Below are positions 63,860 to 64,000 of a stretch of 64,000 bases of DNA, piece by piece. Numbering within the stretch: the first letter of the stretch is position 1; the number at the start of each line of letters is the position of its first letter. Origin of the DNA: Pseudobdellovibrionaceae bacterium (GTDB taxonomy: Bacteria > Bdellovibrionota > Bdellovibrionia > Bdellovibrionales > Bdellovibrionaceae); the NCBI GenBank assembly GCA_044359815.1, contig JBIKLL010000002.1, positions 64,001 through 128,000 on the forward strand. Direction: 5' to 3'. The position numbers were made by a program, and so were the translations under genes. The notes under the pieces were generated by a model. It did no database searches, was not told the origin of the DNA, and saw only the letters and a list, made by a program, of their open reading frames with translations.

Positions 63860-64000
63860 TGAAATTTTCAGAGGTTTCTCGCAGATACGCTAAAGCACTT
63901 TATGAGATTACTAAGGCGAACAACTCGTCAAATAAAGTTTTTGACGAGCTCAGAGCATTTAGAAATGCTATTGAAAGTGATAGAACAATTAGGGAATTTA
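63859..64000 (+). CDS. atpH: ATP synthase F1 subunit delta (5' part)
   Basis: Manual translation MKFSEVSRRYAKALYE...; runs off the window end. Confidence 0.88.
   Translation, partial: MKFSEVSRRYAKALYEITKANNSSNKVFDELRAFRNAIESDRTIREF

Overview
This window is core chromosomal DNA spanning the replication origin of a Bdellovibrionota-like bacterium. The assignment is inferred from gene order, a Bd0055-type histone and split atp operons. It contains dnaA-oriC-dnaN-recF-gyrB-gyrA running into an F0 atp cluster. Divergently it carries rpmH-rnpA-yidD-yidC-jag-mnmE-mnmG-rsmG, a perfect parS, parA-parB, a bactofilin and atpF'/F/H. Further left lie gatA/C, ligA, murD, dapFAB, ftsK, queE-fis-dnaB, rpsF/rplI, a secreted S8 protease, an RND/TolC locus, sdhCAB, etfBA, three parvulin PPIases, pdxA and a phosphomannomutase. 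I saw no rRNA, tRNA, CRISPR array, integrase or transposase. The most notable items are: a 64-aa bacterial histone-fold gene; a ~210-bp foldback element with 40-bp perfect AT-rich arms around a GC-rich structured core, which also duplicates the sdhB 3' end; a 65-aa orphan with a clamp-binding-like motif; an rpsF operon that keeps the S6:S18 leader but lacks rpsR; an RND/TolC locus with no adaptor gene; and a TAYTCAA motif array near parS. Several start codons were moved from the ORF track using RBS and signal-peptide context. All homology calls come from motif recognition, not database searches.
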